Below, piece by piece: positions 19,812 to 30,291 of a stretch of 64,000 nucleotides of DNA (position 1 is its first letter; the number at the start of each line of letters is the position of its first letter). Origin of the DNA: Promethearchaeota archaeon (GTDB lineage Archaea > Asgardarchaeota > Lokiarchaeia > Sigyniarchaeales > SOKP01); the NCBI GenBank assembly GCA_029838195.1, contig JALGVJ010000005.1, positions 1 through 64,000 on the forward strand. Reading direction: 5' to 3'. The notes beneath the pieces are model-generated. The model ran no database searches. It saw nothing but the letters and a program-made list of their open reading frames with translations, and was not told the origin of the DNA. The translations under genes and the position numbers were made by a program.

Positions 19812-20738
19812 ATTGTCTCGCTTTCAGAAGAAAATATTAAGGAGGTGCATGCATTTTGCGAGGCGAACGTGGAGTATCTCACGTATTCGGAGAAAATATT
19901 CAGGTCGGCGACTATTGAAAGTAAAAATTTTCTTCCGGAGTATTCACTTGTGGTTGAGGATGAGAAGGGAGAGATTGTAGCTTTTTTCATGGTAGTTTTT
20001 CGGCCACCTTTTTTATTTAAGAACCGGCGGGCTGTTGCAGTTTTAAAATTTTTCATTGTAAGGAGAGATTGGCGCCAGCGTGGAATGGGTAGCAGGTTAT
20101 TGAACTTGCTGGTAGAGAGGATAAAAACTTCTGATAAAAAATGTTTTAGGATGAAATTTGAGGTATTATGTGCCATGCCGGATTATTGGCTTCCTGGGTT
20201 AGATCCCAGACACACGGAGGCATTTTTTTTCCTGCGAAAACACGGATTTAAACGAAAGGGAGAACGGATAAACTTGACCGTGGATTTAGAAGAATTTCCG
20301 GCGGACGAGCCTCCATCAAGAATAGGGGCAATAGAAATAAGTAGGGCAAGGAAAGAGGATGAGGCAGAACTCGTTCCTCTTTCTTTCATGCCACGGATGT
20401 ATCAAGTGACGTCGTGGCCTGCAGAAGTTAAGATGTCGTTTCAAAACGATCCGATTACCTCGTTTATAGCCCGAGATACCCGGACGAATAAAATAATAGG
20501 ATGGGCAACGCATTCCGTAAGTTTTCCAGGAACTTTTGGACCCACGGGAGTGAGCAAGAAATATCGGGGGCGAGGGTTAGGGAGCGCGTTATTGAAGTGG
20601 TGTTTATGGGATTTAAAGCAGAAAGGCTTGAAGAAAGTGATTATTCGGTGGGTCAATTTAAATACAACATATTTTTATTTAAAAAGCGTGAATGCGCACA
20701 TAAGCGAGCTTTATTGGCCCATGCGAAGGAGGATTTGA
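19812..20738 (+). CDS. Tandem GNAT acetyltransferase
   Basis: Two acetyl-CoA motifs (WRQRGMGSRLL, YRGRGLGSALL); frame is open upstream of the GTG at 19845, so the start is uncertain (ATT at 19812 proposed). Confidence 0.85.
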   Translation: MVSLSEENIKEVHAFCEANVEYLTYSEKIFRSATIESKNFLPEYSLVVEDEKGEIVAFFMVVFRPPFLFKNRRAVAVLKFFIVRRDWRQRGMGSRLLNLLVERIKTSDKKCFRMKFEVLCAMPDYWLPGLDPRHTEAFFFLRKHGFKRKGERINLTVDLEEFPADEPPSRIGAIEISRARKEDEAELVPLSFMPRMYQVTSWPAEVKMSFQNDPITSFIARDTRTNKIIGWATHSVSFPGTFGPTGVSKKYRGRGLGSALLKWCLWDLKQKGLKKVIIRWVNLNTTYFYLKSVNAHISELYWPMRRRI

Positions 20739-20756
20739 AGGAGGAAGGAGAATAAG

Positions 20757-21674
20757 ATGCAGTTTTTGATCATCACGTCAACGGAAGATAAAGCATCCAT
20801 GAATATTCGGGAGAATCTGCTTCACTCTTCGACATTTAAGTTTGAAAAGACGGAGATGGAATGGCATGGTAATTCTTTATTTAAATTAAATTACCATCAA
20901 GGAGCACACGAAGATTCTTCCATTTTTAAGGAAAATGAGATTTATTTGGGATTAACAAAAGAACCCTTGATTTTTTTAAAGGATCTCAAGTTAAGTGAAC
21001 CAAAATTTAATCCAGACTTGCTCATTTTTGCGAGCAGACATGCATCAGAGTCGAATAGACCAGCATTTTTAATTCATTCTACGGGGAATTGGAGTGAAGA
21101 TTCTTCTTTTGGAGGCAATCCACGGGAATTGTCGAGGGCAAGTGCGTTAATGATAAAAGCTGCCTTCCTCTCCTTGGAAAAAATGTGCTTGGACCGGAAA
21201 GTAGCTAATATTAACACGTGCGACTTGGAAGTCACGCACCATGGTCCTACGAGTTTGGAAAAGCCATTAGTTTTCACGGAATTAGGAAGCACGCCCTTGG
21301 AGTGGAACGATCCTAATGCGGGTAAGCTGATTGCTGAGGCAATATTCGATTCTATCCTTAGATACATTCATTATATTCGAGATGAGCAACAAGAGGTTGG
21401 TCTTGGTTTTGGAGGCAGGCATTATGCCACCCAATTTAAGAGATTAATTGAAAATAACGACATTGCGCTTTCCTTTATATGTCCGAAATATTATATTCAG
21501 AAATTAGATGAAAACCTCCTCGATCAAATGATCAATAATACATTAGAAGTAGTAGATTATTTCATCATTGATTGGAAAGGTACCAATTCAGAAGATAAAA
21601 AGCATTTACTTCCCATTTTAGAGACGTACGACATTCCCATTAAAAAAACCAAAGATTTTACCAGCCGTTCATGA
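20757..21674 (+). CDS. dtdA: D-aminoacyl-tRNA deacylase (archaeal DTD2 type)
   Basis: D.AS.NI, IFASRH, HSTGN, LEVTHHGP, ELGS, GFGG.HY. Confidence 0.92.
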   Translation: MQFLIITSTEDKASMNIRENLLHSSTFKFEKTEMEWHGNSLFKLNYHQGAHEDSSIFKENEIYLGLTKEPLIFLKDLKLSEPKFNPDLLIFASRHASESNRPAFLIHSTGNWSEDSSFGGNPRELSRASALMIKAAFLSLEKMCLDRKVANINTCDLEVTHHGPTSLEKPLVFTELGSTPLEWNDPNAGKLIAEAIFDSILRYIHYIRDEQQEVGLGFGGRHYATQFKRLIENNDIALSFICPKYYIQKLDENLLDQMINNTLEVVDYFIIDWKGTNSEDKKHLLPILETYDIPIKKTKDFTSRS

Positions 21675-21736
21675 ATAAAAATAACACACCATGAGAGATA
21701 TTAAAGGTTAGGATAGAATGGACCTTTATTGTTTTT

Positions 21737-22618
21737 TCAAGGATGTTGACATTCTTTTCTTTTTTCATAATAAAGAGTTAAATTTTTAAAAACGTAATGA
21801 GCGGCAGCAAAACCTTGTGTTGCCGCTTTTGGTAAAACAGCGATTAAAAAATCTCGAAATTTCATGTCGTGAGAAGGGGTTACGTTTAGTTCTCTGATAT
21901 TGTAAAAACTCCTATAAAATTGCGTGGGGAATTCAACCAATGCTCTTAACTTAAGATTATATACTTTCTCTCCCTCTTCGCTGAGTTGAATGGGCTGTTT
22001 TAACGTATATAAATACGTATCTTCCTTCTTTTCGATGTTGATGAGTCCATCCGCTTGAATTTCTTCCATGACATTAATAACTTCTTCTTTAGATACATTT
22101 CTATTTAATTTATTCATACTTTCGACGATTTCTTCTAGTTTAATTCCTTGCATTTTTAAAATAAGATAATTTCTAGCAATAATATTATATTTTAAAGGAA
22201 CCGTATGAGGATCCATCTTATTATATTGGATGAGATTCCCCAATATTTCTTTAGCAACGAGATATTGTACCATTACCCGGTCATTTTTCGAAAAATCATG
22301 GAGGAAAAGAAAAGAATTATTAAAGTAATGCTGATAAAGAACTTGGAGCAAATTTTTAATGGTGTAATATCCATCGATGAGAGCATTTGTCACGCTTGTA
22401 AGAATTTCAATTCGATATTCAAGGGAATTAAAAAAGCGCTCCTGATCGAGGGGTTGGGGGATGAAACGGATTAAATAGGGTTTTTTTTGAATGGCTGATA
22501 AATAGCCATTCCATTTTTGCTTAAAACGAGCAGATTGAGAATTCGCGATGGAGGCTAATTTTTTAATTACCTCAAATAATTTCTCGAGAAATTCTTTTTC
22601 AGAAGAAAGCTGGGTCAT
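21737..22618 (-). CDS. Hypothetical protein with a probable winged-helix segment
   Basis: 293-aa ORF; LEEIVESM...EVINVMEEIQADGLINIE..YTL resembles a wHTH. Confidence 0.7.
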   Translation of the reverse strand: MTQLSSEKEFLEKLFEVIKKLASIANSQSARFKQKWNGYLSAIQKKPYLIRFIPQPLDQERFFNSLEYRIEILTSVTNALIDGYYTIKNLLQVLYQHYFNNSFLFLHDFSKNDRVMVQYLVAKEILGNLIQYNKMDPHTVPLKYNIIARNYLILKMQGIKLEEIVESMNKLNRNVSKEEVINVMEEIQADGLINIEKKEDTYLYTLKQPIQLSEEGEKVYNLKLRALVEFPTQFYRSFYNIRELNVTPSHDMKFRDFLIAVLPKAATQGFAAAHYVFKNLTLYYEKRKECQHP

Positions 22619-22732
22619 TCTATTTTTAAATAATGTTTGTTTAATAATTTACTTATTAAGAAAATGAAGTGAAGCTTTTTAAAGTTTAATTTAAAAATTT
22701 TCAGGAAAGATTAACTCTTTTTCCATTAAGAC

Positions 22733-23929
22733 TCATGTGGAAATTTGAAGCATGACGTTGATTATTTTTTTTACTTGTTCATCAGTAAGGACGAGAGGAG
22801 GAAGGAGCCTGATTACCGTTAATCCCGCATTTAATAATAAAACGCCTAATTTTTCTGCTCTTTGAATTAACTCTTTCACTTTCATGCGGTATTCGACTCC
22901 AATCATGAGTCCTTTACCTCTCACTTCTCTAATTACATGATTTTTTTCTTCTGAAAACGCTTTTAACTCCAAGAGCATCTTCTTTCCTTGTTTAGCAGCA
23001 TTTTCCACGAGCTTTTCTTCCATGATGATATCAATTGCGGCATTAGCCGCTGCACAGGCAAAAGGATTTCCTCCATACGTCGTGCCATGTTCCCCCGGTT
23101 TCATGCGGCTAAAAATATCATCCGTGCTTAATGTTGCCCCCATAGGAAATCCTCCTGCTATGGCTTTGGCCAAGCATAAAATATCTGGTTCGATGCCATA
23201 ATGTTCGAAAGCAAACATTTTTCCTGTTCGCCCAAAACCCGTTTGTACCTCGTCAATTACTAAAATTAAATCTTTTTCATCGCATAATTCCCGTAGCTCT
23301 TTTGGAAATTCTTCTGGAGCGCAATAAATTCCTCCTTCTCCTTGAATTAATTCAATAACGATGCCCACCGTGTGGTCCGTAATTAAATTTTTAACCGAGT
23401 CAATATCTCCAAAAGAAGCGAATTTAACATTAGGCGTTAACCAAGGGAGATAAGGTTTTCTATATCTCATGTTATGTGTCAAGGCTAAGGAGCCTAATGT
23501 CCTTCCATGAAATGCTCGTTTAAATGCTATGATTTCTGGTCTTTTAATTTCTCTTTTTGCCGATAAGATTAATTTTATCGCGGCTTCAATAGATTCTGTT
23601 CCGCTATTACTAAGAAATACGCAAGACAATTTCTTCGGGGTGATATGCGTCAATTTATCTAATAAAGAAGCCCTCTCTTCCGTAGGAAAGTCAGGAGGAA
23701 CAAATACAATTTTCTCAAGTTGCTTTTTCATTAATTGAATGAATTTTGGATGACAATGTCCAATGTTCATGACCGCATGGCCTGCAACGCAATCAATATA
23801 TTCATTTCCCGCCTCATCATAAAGAAGAGCTCCTTTTCCCCTAATAGCAACGAATTCTTTTTTAGAAAACAAGGGATAATAAATTTTTTCCTGCTCAATT
23901 ATTTTAGAAAACTTATCTGAAATGTGCAC
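22733..23929 (-). CDS. Class III PLP aminotransferase, ArgD/LysJ-like
   Basis: NSGTES, AFHGRTLG, ELIQGEGG, DEVQTGFGRTG, LAKAIAGG, TTYGGNP. Confidence 0.9.
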   Translation of the reverse strand: MHISDKFSKIIEQEKIYYPLFSKKEFVAIRGKGALLYDEAGNEYIDCVAGHAVMNIGHCHPKFIQLMKKQLEKIVFVPPDFPTEERASLLDKLTHITPKKLSCVFLSNSGTESIEAAIKLILSAKREIKRPEIIAFKRAFHGRTLGSLALTHNMRYRKPYLPWLTPNVKFASFGDIDSVKNLITDHTVGIVIELIQGEGGIYCAPEEFPKELRELCDEKDLILVIDEVQTGFGRTGKMFAFEHYGIEPDILCLAKAIAGGFPMGATLSTDDIFSRMKPGEHGTTYGGNPFACAAANAAIDIIMEEKLVENAAKQGKKMLLELKAFSEEKNHVIREVRGKGLMIGVEYRMKVKELIQRAEKLGVLLLNAGLTVIRLLPPLVLTDEQVKKIINVMLQIST

Positions 23930-24148
23930 TCACTCGCTACATAAATGTTTAATTCTTTTATAGATGTTTAAAATTAAAAAATTTTTTTAAAATTTGTTCG
24001 CACTTTGTATTTTTATGATTAAAGTTGCTTTTCATTTATCATTTTACTTGAAATTGATCAAGTCTCGAAAAAATGCTTATTTTTTTAATTAAAAAAAAAT
24101 TTATATTTTTAAGTTTCAAGCATGAAAAGGAAAGGAAAGGAGATTTAA

Positions 24149-24529
24149 ATGAAACTTGAACATGTTGCAGTTTCCAATCCTTCTGAAGAAGAGAGCGATA
24201 AATTCTTCATGGGGCTCTTAAATTTAAAAAAAACCCGAACTTTTAAAATTCATCCAAAATTAACCCAAAAGTTTTTTGGTATAAACAAAGAACCATTTAT
24301 TATAAGATACTATGGAAATGGATTAGACGTAGAAGTATTCATCACCGAAGATAATACTAATGAAAGAGATAAATTTGCCCATATTTGTCTTTCCATTGAG
24401 AATAGGGAAGAATTCCTTGAACGGGCGAAAAATTTAGGTTTTCCTACGATTAAAGCAGTAAAAAATGATGGAGAATCTTATTATCTCTTCATAAAAGATT
24501 CGTATGGGAATTTATATGAAATAAAATGA
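24149..24529 (+). CDS. VOC/glyoxalase family protein
   Basis: LEHVAV, HICL, FIKDSYGNLYE. Confidence 0.88.
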   Translation: MKLEHVAVSNPSEEESDKFFMGLLNLKKTRTFKIHPKLTQKFFGINKEPFIIRYYGNGLDVEVFITEDNTNERDKFAHICLSIENREEFLERAKNLGFPTIKAVKNDGESYYLFIKDSYGNLYEIK

Positions 24530-24587
24530 GAATAAACCATGAAAAGTTTTAATTAATGAAAGATTATGATAACGGAAGGGTGAGAAC

Positions 24588-25358
24588 ATTCCGGCAAAAT
24601 ATGTTTTAAAAATCCTGCTGGGAGGGGGTAAGGGTGCGGGGAAAACCTCTTTTCTAAAAGGTTCTTTCATACCACAAGAATTCTCAGGAACCGGTATTGG
24701 AGTATCTATTGATAAGATTGAATGCATGATTAATAATGAAGACAGTTTAAAATTAATGGTATGGGATCTCAAAGGAGATCGCTCCTATCGCATCTTGCAT
24801 GAAAGTTTCAGCATGGGAACCGCAGGGGCTCTAATTTTCTTTGACATTTCGAATAGAGAATCTTTTGAGGAAGTTGATTATTGGATTAATCTTTTCCACG
24901 GGAAATCCATACCAATTTATTTAATTGGAACGAAATGTGATTTATATTATGAGATTGATGAAAAGGAAATCATCGATGTTGTGAAAAAACATAATTTAAA
25001 AGGATATTTCCTAATTTCCATTAAAAATGAAGATATCAGAAAACCCATTTTGAAAGAATTAATTAAATCCCTTCGAATAGTACCGCGGAATAGCAAGCTA
25101 TCCATAATTACTCCTAAACAAGATGTTGCTTTTCAAAAATTCATTAATCTCTTTTCCTTTTGCCCAATTTGCGGAAAAGAAAATCATTTTGATTATTTAA
25201 AAAACTTCTATTTTAATGAAGATCAAGAAAACGTGAAAATTAAAAATTCTTTATTAAAAGCTGTAAAAAATAAGGAAAAAATGAAATATTACCATGATTT
25301 TACAATAGGGATACCTTGTTGTAATTGCTTTAACAAGATTTTTAAGAAGACTCTTTAA
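24588..25358 (+). CDS. Ras/Rab-like small GTPase with a C-terminal Cys-rich (Zn) domain; probable ATT start
   Basis: In frame upstream of the track ATG (24726): YVLKILLGGGKGAGKTS P-loop; then WDLKG, GTKCD, SIK; C-terminal CPIC...CCNC. Confidence 0.85.
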   Translation: MPAKYVLKILLGGGKGAGKTSFLKGSFIPQEFSGTGIGVSIDKIECMINNEDSLKLMVWDLKGDRSYRILHESFSMGTAGALIFFDISNRESFEEVDYWINLFHGKSIPIYLIGTKCDLYYEIDEKEIIDVVKKHNLKGYFLISIKNEDIRKPILKELIKSLRIVPRNSKLSIITPKQDVAFQKFINLFSFCPICGKENHFDYLKNFYFNEDQENVKIKNSLLKAVKNKEKMKYYHDFTIGIPCCNCFNKIFKKTL

Positions 25359-25503
25359 ATTTGACGTTTTTAAATTTCAAGGATAAAAGTTGTTAAAAAG
25401 AGATTTTACGCATATTTTACGCATGATTAAAATTTATTTATGATTCTTACAAAAATTTAATCCCGTGAAAACGTGACTATTTTTTATTTTCCTCATCTTA
25501 TTT

Positions 25504-25932
25504 TCATGTTTCCTTGATGAGCCCCGACGCTTTAATGATTTCCCAATGATCAAAAGCAAGCTTTGATTTTAAGGGGGGAACTTTAGCTATAGGAATTATT
25601 TCTAAATCAGCGGCATCATCTCTCGCTCGGGGTGTTTCTTTATCCGATACTGGTTCGCATAAAAAAGCAATAGTAACAGTATGTCCTCGAGGATCTCGTT
25701 TCGGGTCAGAAAAGACTCCAATCAGCTTTTTTATTCTCACTTTTACATTAGTTTCTTCTTCTGCTTCCCTCACACATGCCTGTTCGACCGTCTCTCCAAT
25801 ATCGACAAATCCACCCGGCAATGCTAAATGTCCTTGAAAGGGAGGATTTTTTCTTCGAATTAAGATGATATTATTCTTGTTAAAAACGATAACCGCATCT
25901 ACAGTCAATAAAGGTGTTTGGGGTTTTGGCAT
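25504..25932 (-). CDS. NUDIX hydrolase
   Basis: Nudix box PGGFVDIGETVEQACVREAEEET; RDPRGH. Confidence 0.93.
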   Translation of the reverse strand: MPKPQTPLLTVDAVIVFNKNNIILIRRKNPPFQGHLALPGGFVDIGETVEQACVREAEEETNVKVRIKKLIGVFSDPKRDPRGHTVTIAFLCEPVSDKETPRARDDAADLEIIPIAKVPPLKSKLAFDHWEIIKASGLIKET

Positions 25933-26085
25933 CGTGGCACCTATCTTAAAATAATACTTAGTGATTCATAAATAAATTCTAATTTACATTTGATTATTAA
26001 ATAAATCATGCGAATTATTTTAAAATTTAGGTTTCTAAAAAACGAAAAAATAAAATGATTTATTTTTGTGGTTATTCCAACGTTA

Positions 26086-26889
26086 TTAATCCCATATCGG
26101 AACCTTTTCTAAGATATGCTCAATTCTCGTGGCACGACGACGAATATAAGTGGTTTTTCCGTTAATTCTCGTGAATAGCACCTTTTTTTCTAAGGTATCT
26201 GAAGAGACTACGTTTATTTCTAAGTTTTTTTTTTCTAGGATTATGTGATTAAAGCTTGGTGATTCGTCACTTCTTGTCTTATCAGCAGAACTAGTACCGC
26301 AATAGAGGAAAATCGTGGAGCCAATTTCCCAAACACATGGAACGTGTCGATGACCTTGTAACACCAAATCGATTTCATACAATTGAGTGAACTCTAATAA
26401 TTCTCCAGCATCTCTTACCGTACTCCATTTACGTCCTGCAAAGGGGATGGGAATGAGATGATGATGAAGTGCTATTATGCGATTTTCTCTACGAGGTTTT
26501 CGAAATTGTTGGGCCAACCATAGAAGCTGCTCATCTCCTATCTCTCCATCTTTCAGATCATCCCTTGATGAGCATAACCCTATAATAATGGTGTCTTTTT
26601 CATCAATGATCATTTTTCTTCTTCGTGGGCCAAGGCACTTCTCAAAAAAAATGAGGCCATTATTTTTCACATCATGATTTCCGGGTACCACCAATAATTT
26701 GGGTTTAATTTTTCGTAAATATTCGCAGATTCCATTATATTCGCTAACTCTTCCTTTATGTGCAATATCTCCTGTACACACGACAGCGTCAGGCTTTTTT
26801 TTATTGATATAATTTATGATATTTTCCATGCAATCTTCTCTAAAATCATTTTTATAATGGAGATCGCTTATTTGAATTATTTCTACCAT
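26086..26889 (-). CDS. Calcineurin-like metallophosphoesterase
   Basis: SDLH, TGD, PGNHD, HHH, GHRH; start placed at the ATG at 26889 after GGGTGG. Confidence 0.92.
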   Translation of the reverse strand: MVEIIQISDLHYKNDFREDCMENIINYINKKKPDAVVCTGDIAHKGRVSEYNGICEYLRKIKPKLLVVPGNHDVKNNGLIFFEKCLGPRRRKMIIDEKDTIIIGLCSSRDDLKDGEIGDEQLLWLAQQFRKPRRENRIIALHHHLIPIPFAGRKWSTVRDAGELLEFTQLYEIDLVLQGHRHVPCVWEIGSTIFLYCGTSSADKTRSDESPSFNHIILEKKNLEINVVSSDTLEKKVLFTRINGKTTYIRRRATRIEHILEKVPIWD

Positions 26890-27042
26890 TTTCGAAACCA
26901 CCCGATTAAATTTTAAATAATCCAATGAAAGAATGAATTATAAAATGATTTTTACAAAAGAAATCTTTTTAATGGAGAAATGGTACTAAAAAAGAAGATC
27001 TCATTAAAATAATTATTATTGAGAAATAAGTCAGGGAAAGGA

Positions 27043-30009
27043 TCAAGATTTATTTAATTCTTCAAAGAGTTTAGTTTTAAGGTACGCCATAAAGTCAGAG
27101 AGAGGGGTTTTCAGATTTTCAATAAATGCTTGGCCATAGATTTTTGAACCTCCGCCTTTTCCGCCATGAGTTTCCGTACAATTTTTAATAAATTTTCCAA
27201 TATTTATATTTGATTTTTCCGCAATTTTTTTTCCTACCATTCCCATGAGGAGCACTCCTTTTTTGGTACTATTTACGAGGAGCGTTATCAAATCATCGGT
27301 TTTCTTGTGGAGCGCTTGACTTAGATTTTTAATATCTTCGGTATCAAGATTGTTAAAATGATTAATTACAATTCTAAAATCGTTATATTTTACAGCATTA
27401 TTCAAAATCTTATTTAGTTGTTCGGGAGCAAATAATGATGCAATTATTTCCACTTTTATTTTCATTTCGTTCCATTCCTCATATATTTTTTTTACTTTTA
27501 AGGGGATTTCCGTTTCTTTGATGTTTAAGAGATTGGATAATTCTGATAATGAATCTCCCTCAAAGAGTTCGTGAGAGGTCAATTCAAGGTTTTTTTTATC
27601 AATCTTTCCTTTTTTCACATTCTTTTTAAGTTCTTTCCATTTAGTCAATAATTCTTTTACTCTTCCCACGAGTTTATTTTCTTCAACATTTAATAAGATT
27701 TCTAATTCTTGTATGATTTTTTTCCTGCGACGCTCAAATAGTTCGGTTGCTTTTCCCGCCGTAAAGGTTAATCTCACGACGCCATCTTGTATTTTTTGGG
27801 ATTTAATGATTTTTATAGGCCCTGTTTCGGAAGTATTATTTAGATGTGTCCCTCCACAAGCTTCCACGTCAATGCCGGGAATTTCAACAATTCTTATATA
27901 TTTTCCGGGAACCGCTCCTCCTTGATAAATTCGCATGCCGTATTTTTTTTCTGCTTCTGACCGTGGCAAGAAGTCCAGATGAAGATCAATGGCTTGATTT
28001 ACGATCTCATTCGCTCGCTTCTCAATTTTTTCTAGTTGCTCCTTAGAAATCCTATCATAATGGGTTATGTCTAAATGAGAATTTTTTTCCGTTTTTTTAG
28101 CACCCGCTTGGTTAATATGATTACCAAGGATCTCTCGGGCGGCGGCATTTACTATATGGGTGGCGGTATGATGTTGCGCGAGCTGTTTTCTCCACTTTTT
28201 ATCCACTTTAATTTCAACAACATCACCCTCTTTAAATTTAGGAGGTTCTGCTAACACGTGAATCACGTGATTTCCCTTTTTAAAAACCTCATTAAATGAT
28301 TGCCCATTTATAGTGCCTATATCATGTAATTGTCCTCCTGAAGTGGGATAAGCTACAGATTCATCTACGATTACCATGTTATCTATAATTTTTAAGACTT
28401 TTGCTTTATTCGACAATTGCGTATAATCAAAATAATAGAGTGATTTCGTTTCGGGAATCCCATCCAAATCTATATTTATTTCTATTTCTTTTTTCATGGG
28501 TTTTTCTTGCTGCTCATGGCGTTCTACCACCAAGCTATAGAAATTTTCCGGAATATTCACGGGTTTTCCAAGTTTTAAAGCCATTTCTTTTACCATGTCC
28601 GGGTTAATTCCTTTCGAATCATATAGGTTTATCAAGATTTCATTCGTTATATGGCCTTTTTTAAAAATTTTTTTTAAAATTCGAACTGCGTTCTTTTTTG
28701 TATTGTAATATTTTACTTTTTCAGCATTTAAAATTTCTCTTATATCGTCAAGATTATCTGAAACTTCTGGAAAGAGCTCCTTTAGCTCTTCGGCATGCCA
28801 TTCGCAAACATCAGCCAAATCAATATTCCACTTGAATTTATCAATAAAGCTCATGGCTCGACGGAAGATAACTCTTAAATTATATCCTCCTCCCACATTG
28901 GAGGGAAGCATTCCATCATTAATAGCGAATAACAAGCTCCTGGAATGTTCGGCAATTGAGTATAATGCTGTTAAAGGTGAAATTTTTTCCCTTAATTCAG
29001 ACACGTCTACGTTTAATTCTTTTGCAACTCGTTCCCAAGCTTTTTCAATATCATCAATTTCATCTAAATTTAAATAAGCGGAATATTTTGAAAACTTGTT
29101 ATATAATTCCAAGTCTAATTCCATTTGGATAATTTTCCTTAATTTTTCTAACACCTTAGGAAAGGTAGCTTCATAGAGATTGGGAGTACTTTGAGAGAAC
29201 CAGGCAACACGTTCTTGACCAAGCCCCATATCCAACACTTTCAATTTCAATTCTTTTGGTCCTTGAGGAGTTTGTTCGAACATGGTATATACTTGATTAA
29301 ACAATTCTACGCCCTTACTAAAAAATTCCAAGCTACATCCAAAAGAACCGCCGCCTGCCCAACTATCTTCATGAATGGTAATTTCTTTTTTAGGCAAGCC
29401 GATTCCTTCATGAATGAAATCGTGCATGTCTAAAAATAATTGTCCTTGATCCCATTCTTCAGGCGAAACAAACACGTGTTGACCAATCATGACAAACCCG
29501 CAGAGGTGTCCGGATGTCACTCCCACATTTTCAATATCATTAAATCTCAAGCAGAACTGAGGAATTAATAGTTTTTTAGCAGGAGGCTCCATTTCTCCGT
29601 TGACTACGTAAGGCTGAAATGCTGAGATGGAAGCAATAGTAAATTCAGAAGTGGGATTCCATCTCGCCACGCATGGATATCTTTTTATGGGAACATATCC
29701 CCTTGGTTCTAAGATTTCCACGATTTTTTTCCACACTTGAATGTAAGACAATTTCTGTTTCAAGGGCTTACTGTTTACTACTTGGTAACCTCCCGAACAA
29801 GCGGGATCTCCGCAAACATCTTGATCTTTATTAGTTGTCCAGAAATACGTGCCGCATGTACACTGTTTTCTCATGTATCCCAGAGCTTTAAGTTCTTTGG
29901 TGGGAAAATATTCATCAGGATTTTTAGAAGCTATCTCTTTAAAAACAGTTTTGATTTCTTTATCATTCTTACATTTTGACAAGAGGTTTATTTGTTCAAG
30001 TGTTAGCAT
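27043..30009 (-). CDS. alaS: Alanine--tRNA ligase (archaeal type)
   Basis: C.CG..FW.....CGD..C, ARW, ASI..FQP, DMGLG.ER, editing HTATH...CGGTH, GGKGGG. Confidence 0.97.
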   Translation of the reverse strand: MLTLEQINLLSKCKNDKEIKTVFKEIASKNPDEYFPTKELKALGYMRKQCTCGTYFWTTNKDQDVCGDPACSGGYQVVNSKPLKQKLSYIQVWKKIVEILEPRGYVPIKRYPCVARWNPTSEFTIASISAFQPYVVNGEMEPPAKKLLIPQFCLRFNDIENVGVTSGHLCGFVMIGQHVFVSPEEWDQGQLFLDMHDFIHEGIGLPKKEITIHEDSWAGGGSFGCSLEFFSKGVELFNQVYTMFEQTPQGPKELKLKVLDMGLGQERVAWFSQSTPNLYEATFPKVLEKLRKIIQMELDLELYNKFSKYSAYLNLDEIDDIEKAWERVAKELNVDVSELREKISPLTALYSIAEHSRSLLFAINDGMLPSNVGGGYNLRVIFRRAMSFIDKFKWNIDLADVCEWHAEELKELFPEVSDNLDDIREILNAEKVKYYNTKKNAVRILKKIFKKGHITNEILINLYDSKGINPDMVKEMALKLGKPVNIPENFYSLVVERHEQQEKPMKKEIEINIDLDGIPETKSLYYFDYTQLSNKAKVLKIIDNMVIVDESVAYPTSGGQLHDIGTINGQSFNEVFKKGNHVIHVLAEPPKFKEGDVVEIKVDKKWRKQLAQHHTATHIVNAAAREILGNHINQAGAKKTEKNSHLDITHYDRISKEQLEKIEKRANEIVNQAIDLHLDFLPRSEAEKKYGMRIYQGGAVPGKYIRIVEIPGIDVEACGGTHLNNTSETGPIKIIKSQKIQDGVVRLTFTAGKATELFERRRKKIIQELEILLNVEENKLVGRVKELLTKWKELKKNVKKGKIDKKNLELTSHELFEGDSLSELSNLLNIKETEIPLKVKKIYEEWNEMKIKVEIIASLFAPEQLNKILNNAVKYNDFRIVINHFNNLDTEDIKNLSQALHKKTDDLITLLVNSTKKGVLLMGMVGKKIAEKSNINIGKFIKNCTETHGGKGGGSKIYGQAFIENLKTPLSDFMAYLKTKLFEELNKS

Positions 30010-30291
30010 GGCTACAACAGATACTCATAGTTTAGCATGTATTAACAAGAATAATTTAAGAAAACATAAAATTTTTATTAAAAAACTCCCTTCTCCAAGA
30101 AAAATCCGTGATTATTGTTTTCGCTCTCTTTCATGAAAGAATCATGTTAAACTATAATCTTCTTATCAAGATACCGGTTGTTTTTACTCCATGGATTCTT
30201 TAGAATGGGAGAAAAATAAAAATACTTGGATTTATATTATTTTCTAAAGTTAGCTTTTTTTGAATGACAACTGGCATGGATTAATGCGGTC

